Assembly: GCA_040954595.2 (NCBI GenBank)
Contig: JBECUI020000025.1
Location: forward strand, 248,001 to 312,000
DNA length: 64,000 nucleotides
Reading direction: 5' to 3'
Source: Balanoglossus misakiensis
Lineage: Eukaryota > Animalia > Hemichordata
The translations under genes were made by a program, and so were the position numbers. Positions 38,568-49,772 of the stretch are shown here, piece by piece (positions within the stretch are counted from its first letter, which is position 1; every line of letters begins with the position of its first letter). Below the pieces are notes generated by a model, which had not been told where the DNA came from, did no database searches, and saw nothing but the letters and a program-made list of their open reading frames with translations.

Positions 38568-39928
38568 ACTGGAAGGAAATTAATCTCATCCTCTCGGAAC
38601 TTGAACTGGACGGGGGCTATATTGAAGAGTGGGTACAGAGCAATTTTCGTAATCTTTACTTTCGTTTCTGCCGTCCGGGCTTTCGCTGTTGGATACGCAT
38701 TTGTTTTGAAAACCAACAAACCGGTCTGCATGCCTGTAGCTACAAACCCAAGCGACCACAGAAGCCCTTGCGCTTTTGCGACCTCCTTCGTTCCCGCTAT
38801 CGGGGCAAGATTATTGCAGTCGACCATCCTGATAACAACCGCGTTCTCCGCTTTCACATGAGTTGCAAACAGGAAGAATTATACCTATACCTACGCCTCT
38901 GGGAGGGAAGCGCCGGCAATATTATTGCAAGCGATGCACAGAATAACATCATTGACCTGCTCTATCGAAAGAAAGAGATTCGTATCGGCAGTCAGTTTGA
39001 ACTAGAAAGTGCGCAGGCACCCGAGAAGAGCATCCGCCCCTATAATAAGGAAACACAGGATTTTAACGAGGCCATCGAACAGAGCACAAGTGCAAAGAAG
39101 GACAATGAAGAACATGAGCGCCTTCTCAGGCAAGTAGAACAATGTTGCACCAAACGTCGTTCGTATTTTAAGCGTACCATACAGGAACTCAATGCCCAAC
39201 TCCGTAACTGGGATCTTGTTCAGCAATACCGAAGCCATGGAGATCTCATTATGAGCCATCACCCACCGAAAGGAAGTAGCACACTAGAAGTCGATAACAA
39301 ACTCATCACCCTAGACAAAACAAAAGAGCCACACGAAAACGCCGCAATCTTCTACATGCAGGCACGCAAACTAAAAGAGCGACTGAAGCATACCGAACAG
39401 CGCTTACAGCGAAGCGAAGATGAATGGAAACGCTTTGAAGCAGCCGCAACAAGCATTGATCCGAACAATAGTACCGAGTTACAGAAGTTCCTCAAGCATT
39501 ACGAACAGCAACGACAAATCCGCAATCAAGAGACCGACACCCCGGGACTTCGCTTCTATTCAGCAAGTTATATCTTGTTGGTCGGACGTGATGCCAAGGA
39601 AAATGATGCCCTCCTTCGCAAGCATACGCGTGGCAATGATATATGGTTCCACGTTCGTGATTATCCAGGTAGTTATGTATTCATTCACAATCGGCAGAAA
39701 AAAAATCCGCCGCTCAATGTTCTTCTCGATGCGGCAAGTCTTGCACTGTTCTTCAGCAAAGGACGGAAAAACGGGCAAGGTGATATCTACTACACCCATG
39801 TCAAATACCTCAGGCGGGCAAAACACGGAATCTTCGGCACAGTTATTCCCCATCAAGAGAAGAATATACATATAGTTCTCAACCAAGAGCGCCTGAGCAA
39901 ACTCGGGATCGGGAATGCGGTTCAGTAG
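38558..39928 (+). CDS. NFACT/RqcH (FbpA-like) ribosome quality-control protein
   Basis: MSLNWKEI, ENAAIFY, GRDAKEND, DIWFHVRDYPGSYV. Confidence 0.88.
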   Translation: MSLNWKEINLILSELELDGGYIEEWVQSNFRNLYFRFCRPGFRCWIRICFENQQTGLHACSYKPKRPQKPLRFCDLLRSRYRGKIIAVDHPDNNRVLRFHMSCKQEELYLYLRLWEGSAGNIIASDAQNNIIDLLYRKKEIRIGSQFELESAQAPEKSIRPYNKETQDFNEAIEQSTSAKKDNEEHERLLRQVEQCCTKRRSYFKRTIQELNAQLRNWDLVQQYRSHGDLIMSHHPPKGSSTLEVDNKLITLDKTKEPHENAAIFYMQARKLKERLKHTEQRLQRSEDEWKRFEAAATSIDPNNSTELQKFLKHYEQQRQIRNQETDTPGLRFYSASYILLVGRDAKENDALLRKHTRGNDIWFHVRDYPGSYVFIHNRQKKNPPLNVLLDAASLALFFSKGRKNGQGDIYYTHVKYLRRAKHGIFGTVIPHQEKNIHIVLNQERLSKLGIGNAVQ

Positions 39929-39936
39929 GGAATCGG

Positions 39937-40719
39937 TTAAATAAGACTCTTTTCTTTCAATTCCAGCTGCAAACGCTCTTGATATGCCTTATAGGCACCT
40001 TCGTCTTGCTTTGCACTGCTGCCGTAATAGATAAATCCTAATGCCTTTCTCGTGCGATCCTTACTTCTATTCGCCTCTGCTCGATGAATGGTCAGAGAAT
40101 GATGTGCAATTAAATGCCCCGCCTTACAGGGGAAGGGGATCTCGTTATCAATGTCGTTCTGAATACCGAAATCAGCTATAGATTGGGAAAATCCGAGAAT
40201 GCCACTGCGTGCATGTGCGCGCATTCCCCATTTATGAGAGCGATCAATATATCGGACACAGCCGGTTAGCTCGTCCACCGGTTCCAAGGAAAGCCACATG
40301 GTCAATGCGTGGTTCGGCCGGAGCATAAAGAAATACCCATCTTGATGGGGTGGAGTTTCTTTTCCAATGCTCGGCGGCTTATTGAAATACTGCATGTTTT
40401 TCCCCACAACCTTCTCGCCTAAAAGAATGTTTGCAACTTCTTCAAAACTACTGCCAAACATAAGATTATAAAAGAAGTCATCATGATTAAACAAATGCTG
40501 TATCTGCTTCAGTGTAGCAGGATCCGCCTTGTCCTCGTAGAAAACTTCTTCCTGGGCAACCGTAGGCAATTTCTTGTCAATAAACTGTTCCAGTTTTTTA
40601 TTGAGCTCTTGGATATCCTTCTCTTGCAGAAATCCCGGAATAGAAAGATAGCCATGCTCATCAAAAAAATTCTTCCACCCTTTGGATTGTGCAGAACTAA
40701 TGGTTTGTTTTTCCACCAT
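39937..40719 (-). CDS. Phytanoyl-CoA dioxygenase (PhyH) family Fe/2OG enzyme
   Basis: FNKPP...TPPHQD, GCVRYI..SH, HHSLTIHRAEANRS. Confidence 0.9.
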   Translation of the reverse strand: MVEKQTISSAQSKGWKNFFDEHGYLSIPGFLQEKDIQELNKKLEQFIDKKLPTVAQEEVFYEDKADPATLKQIQHLFNHDDFFYNLMFGSSFEEVANILLGEKVVGKNMQYFNKPPSIGKETPPHQDGYFFMLRPNHALTMWLSLEPVDELTGCVRYIDRSHKWGMRAHARSGILGFSQSIADFGIQNDIDNEIPFPCKAGHLIAHHSLTIHRAEANRSKDRTRKALGFIYYGSSAKQDEGAYKAYQERLQLELKEKSLI

Positions 40720-40805
40720 AGTACCCCCTTATATGCTATGATACTCTTATAGTAACAATACATAGTTATACTATGTCAATAGCATTGTAGTCTGGAGAAA
40801 ATAAA

Positions 40806-41660
40806 ATGATTGTAACAAATAAGGAACTATTGGAACGAGCAAAGGCAGGGCAATATGCCGTTGCCGCGTTTAATACAAACAATATGGAGTACACCCAAGC
40901 CATACTTGCAGCAGCAGTAGAATTGCGTTCCCCCGTTATTATTGCAGCGGCAGAACGGGAGGTCGCCTACATGGGGGGAGCAGTATTTGTAGCGATGGTG
41001 CGGGCAATGGCAACAAGACTGCCAGTTCCCGTCAGTATCCATTTGGACCACGGAAGAAGCTTTGAGACCCTTATGCGATGTCTGAGGGATGGATTTACAT
41101 CTGTTATGTATGATGCCTCCGCGTTGCCTCTGGATGAGAATATTGCTCATACAAAGAATGTTGTTGCCGCCGCCCATGCTTGTGGGGTATCGGTAGAAGG
41201 AGAAGTCGGAATTATCGGGCAAATGGAAGATGGACCAGAGGGAGAAAAGAATGAAGGCGGCAGCATTGCGGATCCCGCACAATGCGAACAACTAGTAAAA
41301 GAAACAGGTCTGGACAGTTTAGCCGCCGCTATCGGCAATGCACACGGGTTCTACACTGCTAAACCCGAGCTGCGTTTTGATGTACTCATGGACATTGCAA
41401 GGCGAACTGAAATTCCTTTGGTTCTCCATGGGGGAACTGGAATTCCAGTGGAGGATCTGCAACGTGCCATTACCCTCGGTGTGTCCAAAGTTAATTTTAG
41501 TGCCGTCTTACGGCAAGGATTCATTCGTACCCTGGCAGATACATTAGAGAAGAATCCCGACGAATTGGATGTCATGAAGGTCATTACTCCTGCAAAACAG
41601 CGGGTTACGGAAATTGCAAAAGAACATATTCGTATGTGTATGAGCACCAACAAAGCATAG
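40806..41660 (+). CDS. fba: Class II fructose-bisphosphate aldolase
   Basis: HLDHG, GFTSVMYDAS, VEGEVG, GNAHG, LVLHGGTG. Confidence 0.93.
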   Translation: MIVTNKELLERAKAGQYAVAAFNTNNMEYTQAILAAAVELRSPVIIAAAEREVAYMGGAVFVAMVRAMATRLPVPVSIHLDHGRSFETLMRCLRDGFTSVMYDASALPLDENIAHTKNVVAAAHACGVSVEGEVGIIGQMEDGPEGEKNEGGSIADPAQCEQLVKETGLDSLAAAIGNAHGFYTAKPELRFDVLMDIARRTEIPLVLHGGTGIPVEDLQRAITLGVSKVNFSAVLRQGFIRTLADTLEKNPDELDVMKVITPAKQRVTEIAKEHIRMCMSTNKA

Positions 41661-41774
41661 AGAGCAGAGAAATTGCTTGAATATTATGCAATGCTATTGA
41701 CAATACTATGAAAACACTTATACACTACAAGATAACTATAGCGTAATAGTTACAAACTAAGGGAGATATATTAC

Positions 41775-42221
41775 ATGAAGCATATGGTACAGGATGAAGC
41801 ATCACTCAAACAAGCAATTCAAACTATTTTGAAAGCGATTGATGAATCAGAGAACCCAGTAGAACTTAGCGCTTATAAGAAGTTTTTCCAAAAACACGTT
41901 CCATTGACACGTCGTTCATATGTGGCAGCATACCTATTAAAGTATCAGTCACCACAACGACGAGCTACCACCGCCATAGAAGCAAAGAAACTGTTTCTAA
42001 GCATCGGTAGACAACAAAAGGTAACGTCAAGCGATATAAGAGAATTTTTTGAACAAGTACGGGGCATTAGCCGGAAGGACATCAAAACAATAGCAATACA
42101 CCGAAACTTTTCTTTCGTTGGTATTCAAACTGAGAAAACAAAATCAGCAATTGATGCTCTGGATGGGAAAGAATTAAACGGCAGAAAAATAGTTGTTAGT
42201 CTTGCCCGTAGACAAGAATAA
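41775..42221 (+). CDS. DbpA-type RNA-binding domain protein
   Basis: KLFLSIGR...I.IH.NFSFV...[17 protein letters not shown]. Confidence 0.85.
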   Translation: MKHMVQDEASLKQAIQTILKAIDESENPVELSAYKKFFQKHVPLTRRSYVAAYLLKYQSPQRRATTAIEAKKLFLSIGRQQKVTSSDIREFFEQVRGISRKDIKTIAIHRNFSFVGIQTEKTKSAIDALDGKELNGRKIVVSLARRQE

Positions 42222-42232
42222 CGGAGGGATTA

Positions 42233-42448
42233 TTGAAAGAAGATGCAATAGAAGTAGATGGAATTGTGCGTGAATCATTGCCTAATACAATGTTTCGAGT
42301 GGAACTAACAACAGGTAATGTTATATTGACCTATTTGGCAGGTAAACTCCGGAAACATTATATTCGCATTGTCCCCGGAGATAAGGTGCGGGTAGCTTTA
42401 TCTCCTTATGATCTTACCAAGGGAAGAATTATTTACAGAGAACGATAA
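42233..42448 (+). CDS. infA: Translation initiation factor IF-1
   Basis: KEDAIEVDG...[10 protein letters not shown]...[19 protein letters not shown]. Confidence 0.98.
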   Translation: MKEDAIEVDGIVRESLPNTMFRVELTTGNVILTYLAGKLRKHYIRIVPGDKVRVALSPYDLTKGRIIYRER

Positions 42449-42475
42449 ACACAGATTATATTTGCATAATCAGAT

Positions 42476-44458
42476 TTAATCTGCATAATCACCTGTATAC
42501 AGAAGTGCCTTTTTTTCTATCCACCCCTCGACTCCATAGGAAGTCGCAATACGGTAAAAGTTTCTGTATTCTCCTCGTACATCGACTGTTAGTCCAGCAG
42601 GAAGCATAAACCATGCACGGGTATCCTCTTCGGGTATCCGTTTAATGCTGTATTCCGAACCCAGCACCACTCCAATATCCGGAGTAGATAGCTGAATCGA
42701 GTTCAGAAACATAATGCTTCCAACGACACAGAATACAACGACAACACTACTAAAGAGCACTAATGCGGCATAACGTTTTCTTAATGCAATAATTGCTATA
42801 ATGCCGCTTCCTATATTCCAAACGATGAGTAAGAGAATGAAAATACTATCCGGCGACCAGAATTGCGGGACCGGTGCCTGCCGCATAAGATCACCCTCCT
42901 CCTCAACACTGCGAAGAACATTATGATAAACAGGATTGGTAGAATCCAGTGCAAGTGCGTAGCGTAATTCAAATATCGCCTCCGGCACTCTTTCTATAGC
43001 AATGTAGCAAAGTGCCAAATTATAGTGCAAACCCGATACATCCGGGTATTCATTTGTTAAGGCTACAAACTGTTCTAATGCCTCAGTGTAGTTTTCCTGA
43101 TTATAAGTCGCAACAGCGGCATCAATATCACCTGGTGGAGGTAACGAGATTGCCGCCATAAACAGAATTATTCCCCCAGTAAAAAATCCAAGCATTGCAC
43201 TAATATGTTTGTGCAGGATAATAAAGAGTATCAGCAATGCCCCGGGCAGAAAGAAAAGATACATAAGCGGAGTGCGATGGTACTGTGTTGATACCGTCTC
43301 TAACACCTCATCGCCGCTCATAATAGAAAAGAAATAACGAACATCTTCTGTCGGTTCTGCAGAAATAGTAATGCTGTAATCCTGCGCCGCAGTACTCCGA
43401 ACCTCATTATTCGCTACATCCAAACTATGAAACTCAGGGATCCGAATCCGATACACCCCACCTTCTGGTGCATCATAGGTAATCCACACCGTCCGTGTAC
43501 CGGCATATCCCCCCTCTTGTGCGACTGTCTCGTTTATCTCCTCTCGGGCAGTTTCAATAAGGTCTGTAACCACCGGCTCAGGAATGTTGATAAACGGCAA
43601 GTTGCCGAGACCACCAACAAGCAGGGATAATTTGATTGATTCCCCCAGTGTCGCAGTCTGGGTTGATACAAAATGGCTAAACCGGATATCACCGATAGCA
43701 GCATGTTCCTTCAGGGTATCGGGAAGGGGGCCCACAGTAATGGAGAATGCCCGACTACGTACCTGTTCCCCCTGTATCGTTACCCGAACAACCGGCAAAT
43801 TCACCGCTCCCTGTTGTGCCGGTGTAAATAATATGGCAACGATGGGGATGGTATAAAACTCAACCCCACTGATAATGCTACTGTTCACCGCTCCAACACC
43901 GAATATCTCCTCGACAACTCCCGCACTCGAAGACGCGAAAACAATATCTTCGGGAAGAACAAACTCATGACTGAGTTCTACTTGCAGTATGTACGTAGCA
44001 CTCTGTCCCGTGTATAAACGATCCGGCCCCGTCCAACGGATAATCGGCGGAATAGTTCCGGCACTCGAATATACTTCCAAAATAGTGGGAATAATCTGAT
44101 AGGTTCTGATATTATCAACTAACTGAAATTCAGGAATAATATACCGCCCGGGATTATTGGCAATAAGGGTGATAATAAACTCATTCCTGCCAAATGTTCG
44201 TTCGGTACGGCGGAGAACCGGACTCTGTATATACCGGATTCCCTCTGGTAACTCAGGAAGTATCCACCGAATGCTTGCATTATCCACCTGCGGCAGTTCG
44301 ATGATCAGCACAATAGATTCACCTGCACGTAGTGACGTATCTTGCAGGGTTGCACTCAACTCCTGTGCATACACCTCAGTTGCAGAAAAAAATATTACTC
44401 CTACTACCAATCTCGCGATGATCTTGATGTATTGATAGGATTGTCCTGTTCTGACCAT
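42476..44458 (-). CDS. batD: BatD-family protein with C-terminal TPR/SH3-like (BatE-like) region
   Basis: Operon position, signal peptide, G.GNL motif, TPR, GVEGWI. Confidence 0.75.
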   Translation of the reverse strand: MVRTGQSYQYIKIIARLVVGVIFFSATEVYAQELSATLQDTSLRAGESIVLIIELPQVDNASIRWILPELPEGIRYIQSPVLRRTERTFGRNEFIITLIANNPGRYIIPEFQLVDNIRTYQIIPTILEVYSSAGTIPPIIRWTGPDRLYTGQSATYILQVELSHEFVLPEDIVFASSSAGVVEEIFGVGAVNSSIISGVEFYTIPIVAILFTPAQQGAVNLPVVRVTIQGEQVRSRAFSITVGPLPDTLKEHAAIGDIRFSHFVSTQTATLGESIKLSLLVGGLGNLPFINIPEPVVTDLIETAREEINETVAQEGGYAGTRTVWITYDAPEGGVYRIRIPEFHSLDVANNEVRSTAAQDYSITISAEPTEDVRYFFSIMSGDEVLETVSTQYHRTPLMYLFFLPGALLILFIILHKHISAMLGFFTGGIILFMAAISLPPPGDIDAAVATYNQENYTEALEQFVALTNEYPDVSGLHYNLALCYIAIERVPEAIFELRYALALDSTNPVYHNVLRSVEEEGDLMRQAPVPQFWSPDSIFILLLIVWNIGSGIIAIIALRKRYAALVLFSSVVVVFCVVGSIMFLNSIQLSTPDIGVVLGSEYSIKRIPEEDTRAWFMLPAGLTVDVRGEYRNFYRIATSYGVEGWIEKKALLYTGDYAD

Positions 44459-44988
44459 TGTTGCTGCTCTTTTCGCCTCATATATTCAAGGATACGTATG
44501 CTCTCCATCTCTCTATCTTCTTCGCTCTGTGGCGTCCCCTGGGACAACTGGCTTCCCGCCTGTAATTTCGTCCAGGATAGCTCAAGATTAATCTTTGCAT
44601 CAATGCTACTCGGTTCTATGCTGAGTGCACGTTTAAACTCCTCATATGCCACATTATAGGAACCCTGTTCATAGTATAATACCCCCCGATTAAAACTCAC
44701 TGCAAATCGTATATCCGGTTCGGGAGTTTCCTCCGCCTCATGCCACATGCGCAAGGCAGATGCCGTCTCACCCAATGCCCAGTACAGATTGCCCAGATTA
44801 TAATGTACCCAGGGACGGTACTGCGGCACTTGCTGTGCAGAGAGATAGTCCACTAATGCACCCTGATTCTCCCCCCCACTAAACTGATAATTTCCCCGCA
44901 GGATGAGAAAATAGGGTTCAACAACATTGCAGCCGGTGAAAAGAATAACTATGAAGGGAAACAGAAATTTTATAATGTTTTGCGCCAT
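44404..44988 (-). CDS. TPR protein (BatC-like)
   Basis: HYNLGNLY, FNRGVLYY, DAKINLEL and a terminal RDW. Confidence 0.78.
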   Translation of the reverse strand: MAQNIIKFLFPFIVILFTGCNVVEPYFLILRGNYQFSGGENQGALVDYLSAQQVPQYRPWVHYNLGNLYWALGETASALRMWHEAEETPEPDIRFAVSFNRGVLYYEQGSYNVAYEEFKRALSIEPSSIDAKINLELSWTKLQAGSQLSQGTPQSEEDREMESIRILEYMRRKEQQQWSEQDNPINTSRSSRDW

Positions 44989-45959
44989 TTTATTACTCGT
45001 ATCAATATGTAAATAATCAAACAAAGGAAGGCAAGAGAGGTAAACAGGCGGTATCTCAATAATCGTTTCCCACGTATCCCCTCTGTCAGTCCCTGTGCTC
45101 CAATTTTCTGCAACTCATCCACGATGGTAGTTATACTGCCCGGTTCGGAAATATTAATCACCCTGCCACCAGTTAGTTGTGCCAAATCTTCCAATACGGA
45201 AAGCTGCAGTTTCGTAATGACCGGCTGATCGTTCTCTTTGCGAATAACCGAATCCCGCGTAATGGGAATGGTATCTCCTATCTCAGTCCCGATCGCAACT
45301 GGAAATATAACAATGCCCCGATCAAAGGCTTGTACCGCAGCCGCACTGGCATTGCCGCTTAACTCTTCCCCATCAGTAAAGAGAACAATAGCTGAGAGCT
45401 TATTCATATGCGATGAAAAGGCATCTATCGATTCCCATATGCCCGATTCCAGATTAGTACCGGGTGTTGTAAGAATATTAGGATGGAGGATGGCAAGGGT
45501 CCGTTCCAGTACAATGGGGTCTTGAGTAATGGGAAGCAGTTTTTGTGCCGACCCCTTGAAAGCAACTAGGGAAAACCAGACATCGGATATGTTGCGCACA
45601 ATTGCACGAATAATGCCGGTAGCACGGGATAGGCGGTTTGGCTGTATATCTTTTGCAAACATACTGTTGGAGACATCAACCGCAAATACAATTTCCAAGC
45701 CTATACGCTCATCCTCCCCCGCCTCGTAACCCCAGTAGAACCCGGCAAGCCCGAAAATAAGAAAAGCAAGAGCAAGTATAAAGAAAAAGGTAGCCGCAAC
45801 GTATTTGACCAGATAAACATTTGAGTACTGCTCCAATTGCCAGCTCCCCACAATGCTCCGGATATGCCGCTGCCCTCGAAAGTATCCGAAGAAAAAGATA
45901 GCAGCTATGAGGATGAGCACAAAGAGCAGAGAAAAGGTCTCGGGATACTCGACGCTCAT
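44970..45959 (-). CDS. batB: VWA-domain protein BatB
   Basis: DVSNSM MIDAS motif, PNRL, LFTDGE. Confidence 0.85.
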   Translation of the reverse strand: MSVEYPETFSLLFVLILIAAIFFFGYFRGQRHIRSIVGSWQLEQYSNVYLVKYVAATFFFILALAFLIFGLAGFYWGYEAGEDERIGLEIVFAVDVSNSMFAKDIQPNRLSRATGIIRAIVRNISDVWFSLVAFKGSAQKLLPITQDPIVLERTLAILHPNILTTPGTNLESGIWESIDAFSSHMNKLSAIVLFTDGEELSGNASAAAVQAFDRGIVIFPVAIGTEIGDTIPITRDSVIRKENDQPVITKLQLSVLEDLAQLTGGRVINISEPGSITTIVDELQKIGAQGLTEGIRGKRLLRYRLFTSLAFLCLIIYILIRVIKWRKTL

Positions 45960-46954
45960 AAGGTGCTCCCCAGTATAAATTTATGCACAAAAAGATGGAA
46001 AGCCAACAATAGCAGGGCAATTACCAGAAATTCACGGTAGAGATCGGTCGTTTGAACCCGAATAATGGCATGTTTTTCAACAGTTTCCGCCGAATCAATA
46101 GATTCAAAGACCGCTCCAAGCCCCTGGCTATTGTTAACAGAGAAATATGTTCCCCCCGTTATCGTCGCAATCTCATGTAATAACTCTTCATCAGGTTGGT
46201 CTTTAATTGTTCCCCGGTAAAGCATGTCCGTCTCCGGATTGACAAATTCTACAAAGGGCTCCTCCGCACTACCGATACCGATGGCATAAATACGAACACC
46301 CATATCAGCAGCAACTCTTGCCGCCGAAACAGGAACTATTTCTCCAGCATTGTTCACCCCATCCGTTAAGAGAATAATGATCTTTTCACTCTCACTTCCG
46401 GTATACATGTGCACCACAGCCATAACCAGCCCCATACCAATAGCCGTCCCATCACCCAAACTCATAATCTGTAAATCTTCAAGAGCATCAATAAGGAAAT
46501 CATAATCAACCGTGGGCGGAACAATAAGCGCCGCTTCACTTTGAAAAACTGACCAGTCCGATGGCATCATTTCCCTGCTTTCAACAAAATTTCTGATAAC
46601 AGCACGGGCAGTATCAAAGCGCGTTGGGCCCTCTCCACGAGCAGCCATACTCGGCGATTCATCTAGTACAATCATAATATCCATGCCATGGCTAAAAAAT
46701 GTACGTTCCCGCCGGATGAAGACTGGCCCGGCAATGGTTATAACAACAACGACTAATGCCAGCCAGAACGAACAAGTCGATATAAAATCGAACCAGCGCA
46801 GCAGGAAAAACGGTGGTCTGAAGGCACGAGCACCGTAAAAACCAAAAGGCAGAATGAGGCGTCCACCCCGTTTTTCCCAGAAATGCCGAAGAAAAATCAG
46901 AGGCGGCAATAAGAGAATAAGTAGTAAGTACCACGGGTTTTCAACGATTACCAC
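45956..46954 (-). CDS. batA: VWA-domain protein BatA
   Basis: DESPSM, GDGTAIG, LLTDGVNNAG. GTG start near 46954. A short compensated frameshift lies near 46545-46570. Confidence 0.85.
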   Translation of the reverse strand: MVIVENPWYLLLILLLPPLIFLRHFWEKRGGRLILPFGFYGARAFRPPFFLLRWFDFISTCSFWLALVVVVITIAGPVFIRRERTFFSHGMDIMIVLDESPSMAARGEGPTRFDTARAVIRNFVESREMMPSDWSVFQSEAALIVPPTVDYDFLIDALEDLQIMSLGDGTAIGMGLVMAVVHMYTGSESEKIIILLTDGVNNAGEIVPVSAARVAADMGVRIYAIGIGSAEEPFVEFVNPETDMLYRGTIKDQPDEELLHEIATITGGTYFSVNNSQGLGAVFESIDSAETVEKHAIIRVQTTDLYREFLVIALLLLAFHLFVHKFILGSTL

Positions 46955-47819
46955 GGTATAACTCTTCAACTCCTTTGTATACATCATGTGCAAGTTTTTC
47001 TGCCATTTTGAGATGTTGCTCTCGGTCGGAATCGGCAGTCCGCGCTTCGGCAAACTTGACGAAATCACTTTGCTTGAATAGCGATGTAATGTCCTTTGCA
47101 ATGCCCTCCCGGAGTCCCGCTTCGACAATCAATGCCGATAGTTCATTCGTTGTTGCCGATAAGCATTTCTGCGAAACCTCTCCTGAGAGAAAGATTCGCA
47201 GATAGTTGGTAAGATCAATGTAAAACTGTTTGCCCTCAATTTCCTTCCGTCTTTGCTTCAGTGCACGCATGCTCACATTAAATGTCCGATAGGGACGCCG
47301 TAGTTTCAGAAAGTTAAACAAATAGGAAACAGGACGCCGTAAAACGAACCTCAAAGCCAAAAATAACATCGGGATCCCTACCAGTATGCCAATACAGAGA
47401 ATGATAAACAGGTAGGTAAACGGAAGAAGTAATTGCGGACGAACCGGTCTTAAGTCTCTCATTCCCTCCTCAAGGATGGAGTTAACATACACCGATACCC
47501 CCGTTAATCGGAGATAACCAAACTGTATATCGGGAAAAATGATGATGCCTGAAATATAGGAGATAAAGGACATCCGTAATTCAACCTGATTATCAACCGT
47601 ACTAAAGGATATATTGTCGATCCTCCCCCATGATGTTTCGATCGGTTCTGCCGGCTGTCCAATGACATCAATGTTTGATACGCGTAGCTGCATACGAATT
47701 TCTACCTGATCGCCAACATAAAAGTTCTGCGGGAGTAGCTGAGTGCGTAATACCGTAAGGTCTTCCTGGGCTGAAATGTTCATGAGCACAAGGAAGAACA
47801 TGATAACGGCAGCGCACAT
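46941..47819 (-). CDS. Bat-operon hypothetical membrane protein
   Basis: Signal peptide, one TM segment, SATTNEL and DFVKFA motifs typical of the gene between DUF58 and batA. Confidence 0.75.
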   Translation of the reverse strand: MCAAVIMFFLVLMNISAQEDLTVLRTQLLPQNFYVGDQVEIRMQLRVSNIDVIGQPAEPIETSWGRIDNISFSTVDNQVELRMSFISYISGIIIFPDIQFGYLRLTGVSVYVNSILEEGMRDLRPVRPQLLLPFTYLFIILCIGILVGIPMLFLALRFVLRRPVSYLFNFLKLRRPYRTFNVSMRALKQRRKEIEGKQFYIDLTNYLRIFLSGEVSQKCLSATTNELSALIVEAGLREGIAKDITSLFKQSDFVKFAEARTADSDREQHLKMAEKLAHDVYKGVEELYRGNR

Positions 47820-48685
47820 TATCGTTTTCTCCGTTTGAAGAAGTGGATAAGCTCATCTGCAACATGCATATCCGGGGAGAGCTCCAAGAGACCAACGTTA
47901 TATCGCTTACACTCGCGGATAAGATCCCGGCGGGCGTTCTGCCAAAATTCTCGGAATTGCTCTCGAAAATACCGGGAACGACCACTAATTGATATCGTTT
48001 TGCCGCTCTCCGAATCTTCCAGCTGACACCAGCGAATACGTGGAAAATCTTTCTGAATAGTATCAAAGAGTCGTACTGCAATAACATCATGCCGACGAGA
48101 TAGGAGTGATAAGTCCCGCTGATAATCGCTCGTAAGAAAGTCCGAGAGGATAACGCAGATGCCGCTTCGTTTCATAGACTTATTGACTGTCCGCATGGCT
48201 AATGCCAGGTTACTCCCCCGTCCGCGTGGAACACATTTTTGTAACTCATTGTTTAATGACATAACATGACGCCTTCCCTTGCGAGGAGGGATCCAACGCT
48301 CTATGACATCACTAAATATCAACAACCCTACCTTGTCGTCGTTTTTATTTGCAGCCATGCTCAGGAGATAGAATATTTCCTGTGCAGTCTGCCATAACGG
48401 TACTTCCCCACTGCCGAAGAAAACCGAAGATGAGAGATCAACAATAAGGAGCAGGGTTAACTCTCGTTCTTCACGAAATATCTTTGTATAGACATGCGCC
48501 ATCCGCGCACTAACCTGCCAATCAATAAGACGAATGTCATCGCCGTAGACATAGCTTCTGGTCTCATCATACTCAACTCCCCTGCCTCGAAATACAGACC
48601 TGTAATTTCCCGCAATCAGGTTCTCAATGAGACGCGTGGTAATAATGTCTAGTCCCCGTATCTTACCTCGTGATGGTAGCTTCAT
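47819..48685 (-). CDS. DUF58 protein
   Basis: GNYRSVFRGRGVEY...GDDIRLIDW..SAR, REEREL, DLSSS. Confidence 0.93.
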   Translation of the reverse strand: MKLPSRGKIRGLDIITTRLIENLIAGNYRSVFRGRGVEYDETRSYVYGDDIRLIDWQVSARMAHVYTKIFREERELTLLLIVDLSSSVFFGSGEVPLWQTAQEIFYLLSMAANKNDDKVGLLIFSDVIERWIPPRKGRRHVMSLNNELQKCVPRGRGSNLALAMRTVNKSMKRSGICVILSDFLTSDYQRDLSLLSRRHDVIAVRLFDTIQKDFPRIRWCQLEDSESGKTISISGRSRYFREQFREFWQNARRDLIRECKRYNVGLLELSPDMHVADELIHFFKRRKR

Positions 48686-48691
48686 GGGAAT

Positions 48692-49696
48692 TTACGGCAC
48701 TGCGACCATAGCAAGCAGTTTTTCAAGGATGTCGTCGGTACTGAGATTATCAGCCTCCGCTTCGTAGGATAGGTGTATGCGATGTCTGAGAACAGAATAG
48801 GCAAGAACCTTGACATCTTCCGGTAAAACATAGGTCCTGTTGGAAACAAAGCTGTACCTTTGCACAACGATAAAGAAAGATGCTCGCACGGGGAGAAGCA
48901 CCGAACTCAATAAAGCGGGAGAATGTACCAAACGTACGGTGGTGTGGTCGTGTCGCTTCTACTAAAGAAAACAATGTAACGCTTAATACGTTCATCAACC
49001 TGTATTTCCGTAGCAAGCATACTAATGTCATGAAGGGTAGATGCTCGAAGAAGTGGGGTAACCGGAATCTCCTTTTCACTTCCCATACGATCAATAATAA
49101 GAAATTCTTCCTCACTGGTAGGATACTCGATAAAAATTTTAAGCATAAACCGGTCAAGTTGTGCCTCCGGCAAGGGATATGTTCCCTCCTGCTCAATCGG
49201 ATTTTGGGTTGCAAGAACAAAGAAGGGCACGGGAAGACGATAGGTCGTATCACCAATCGTAACCTGTCGTTCCTCCATTGTTTCCAACATGGCAGACTGT
49301 ACCTTTGCAGGAGCACGGTTTACCTCGTCGGCTAATACGATGTTTGCAAAAACAGGTCCCATCCGCGGCACAAACTCTCCGGTCTCTGGGCGATAGATCA
49401 TGCTCCCGGTAATGTCCGCTGGAAGAAGATCCGGCGTGAATTGGATACGCTTAACGTGGCATCAATGATTTCCGAAATTGTCCGCACAATAAGTGTCTTT
49501 GCAAGTCCAGGTACCCCCTCAAGCAAAATATGCCCATTCGCCACAATGCCAAGAAGTATATTAGTAATAACACTTTCCTGCCCGATAATTCTTCTCGATA
49601 TCTCATCTCGCACCTGTCGCAACAGGTTCGAAGCTGTTGAACACGAACTTCTGTGATTTTTTTTTCCGTACTCACCGTCCATCCTTTGTTGCTCAT
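48692..49696 (-). CDS. MoxR-family AAA+ ATPase (split by apparent frameshifts)
   Basis: HILLEGVPGLAKT, LADEVNRAPAKVQSA, ATQNPIEQEGTYPLPEAQLDRF, GASPRAS and LRHRI spread over several frames. Confidence 0.92.
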
Positions 49697-49772
49697 TATA
49701 ATATATTAGATTTGTTAAGTAAACGATTATCATATATAATAAGTATTAATCAGTAATGAGCACGGAAACTCA

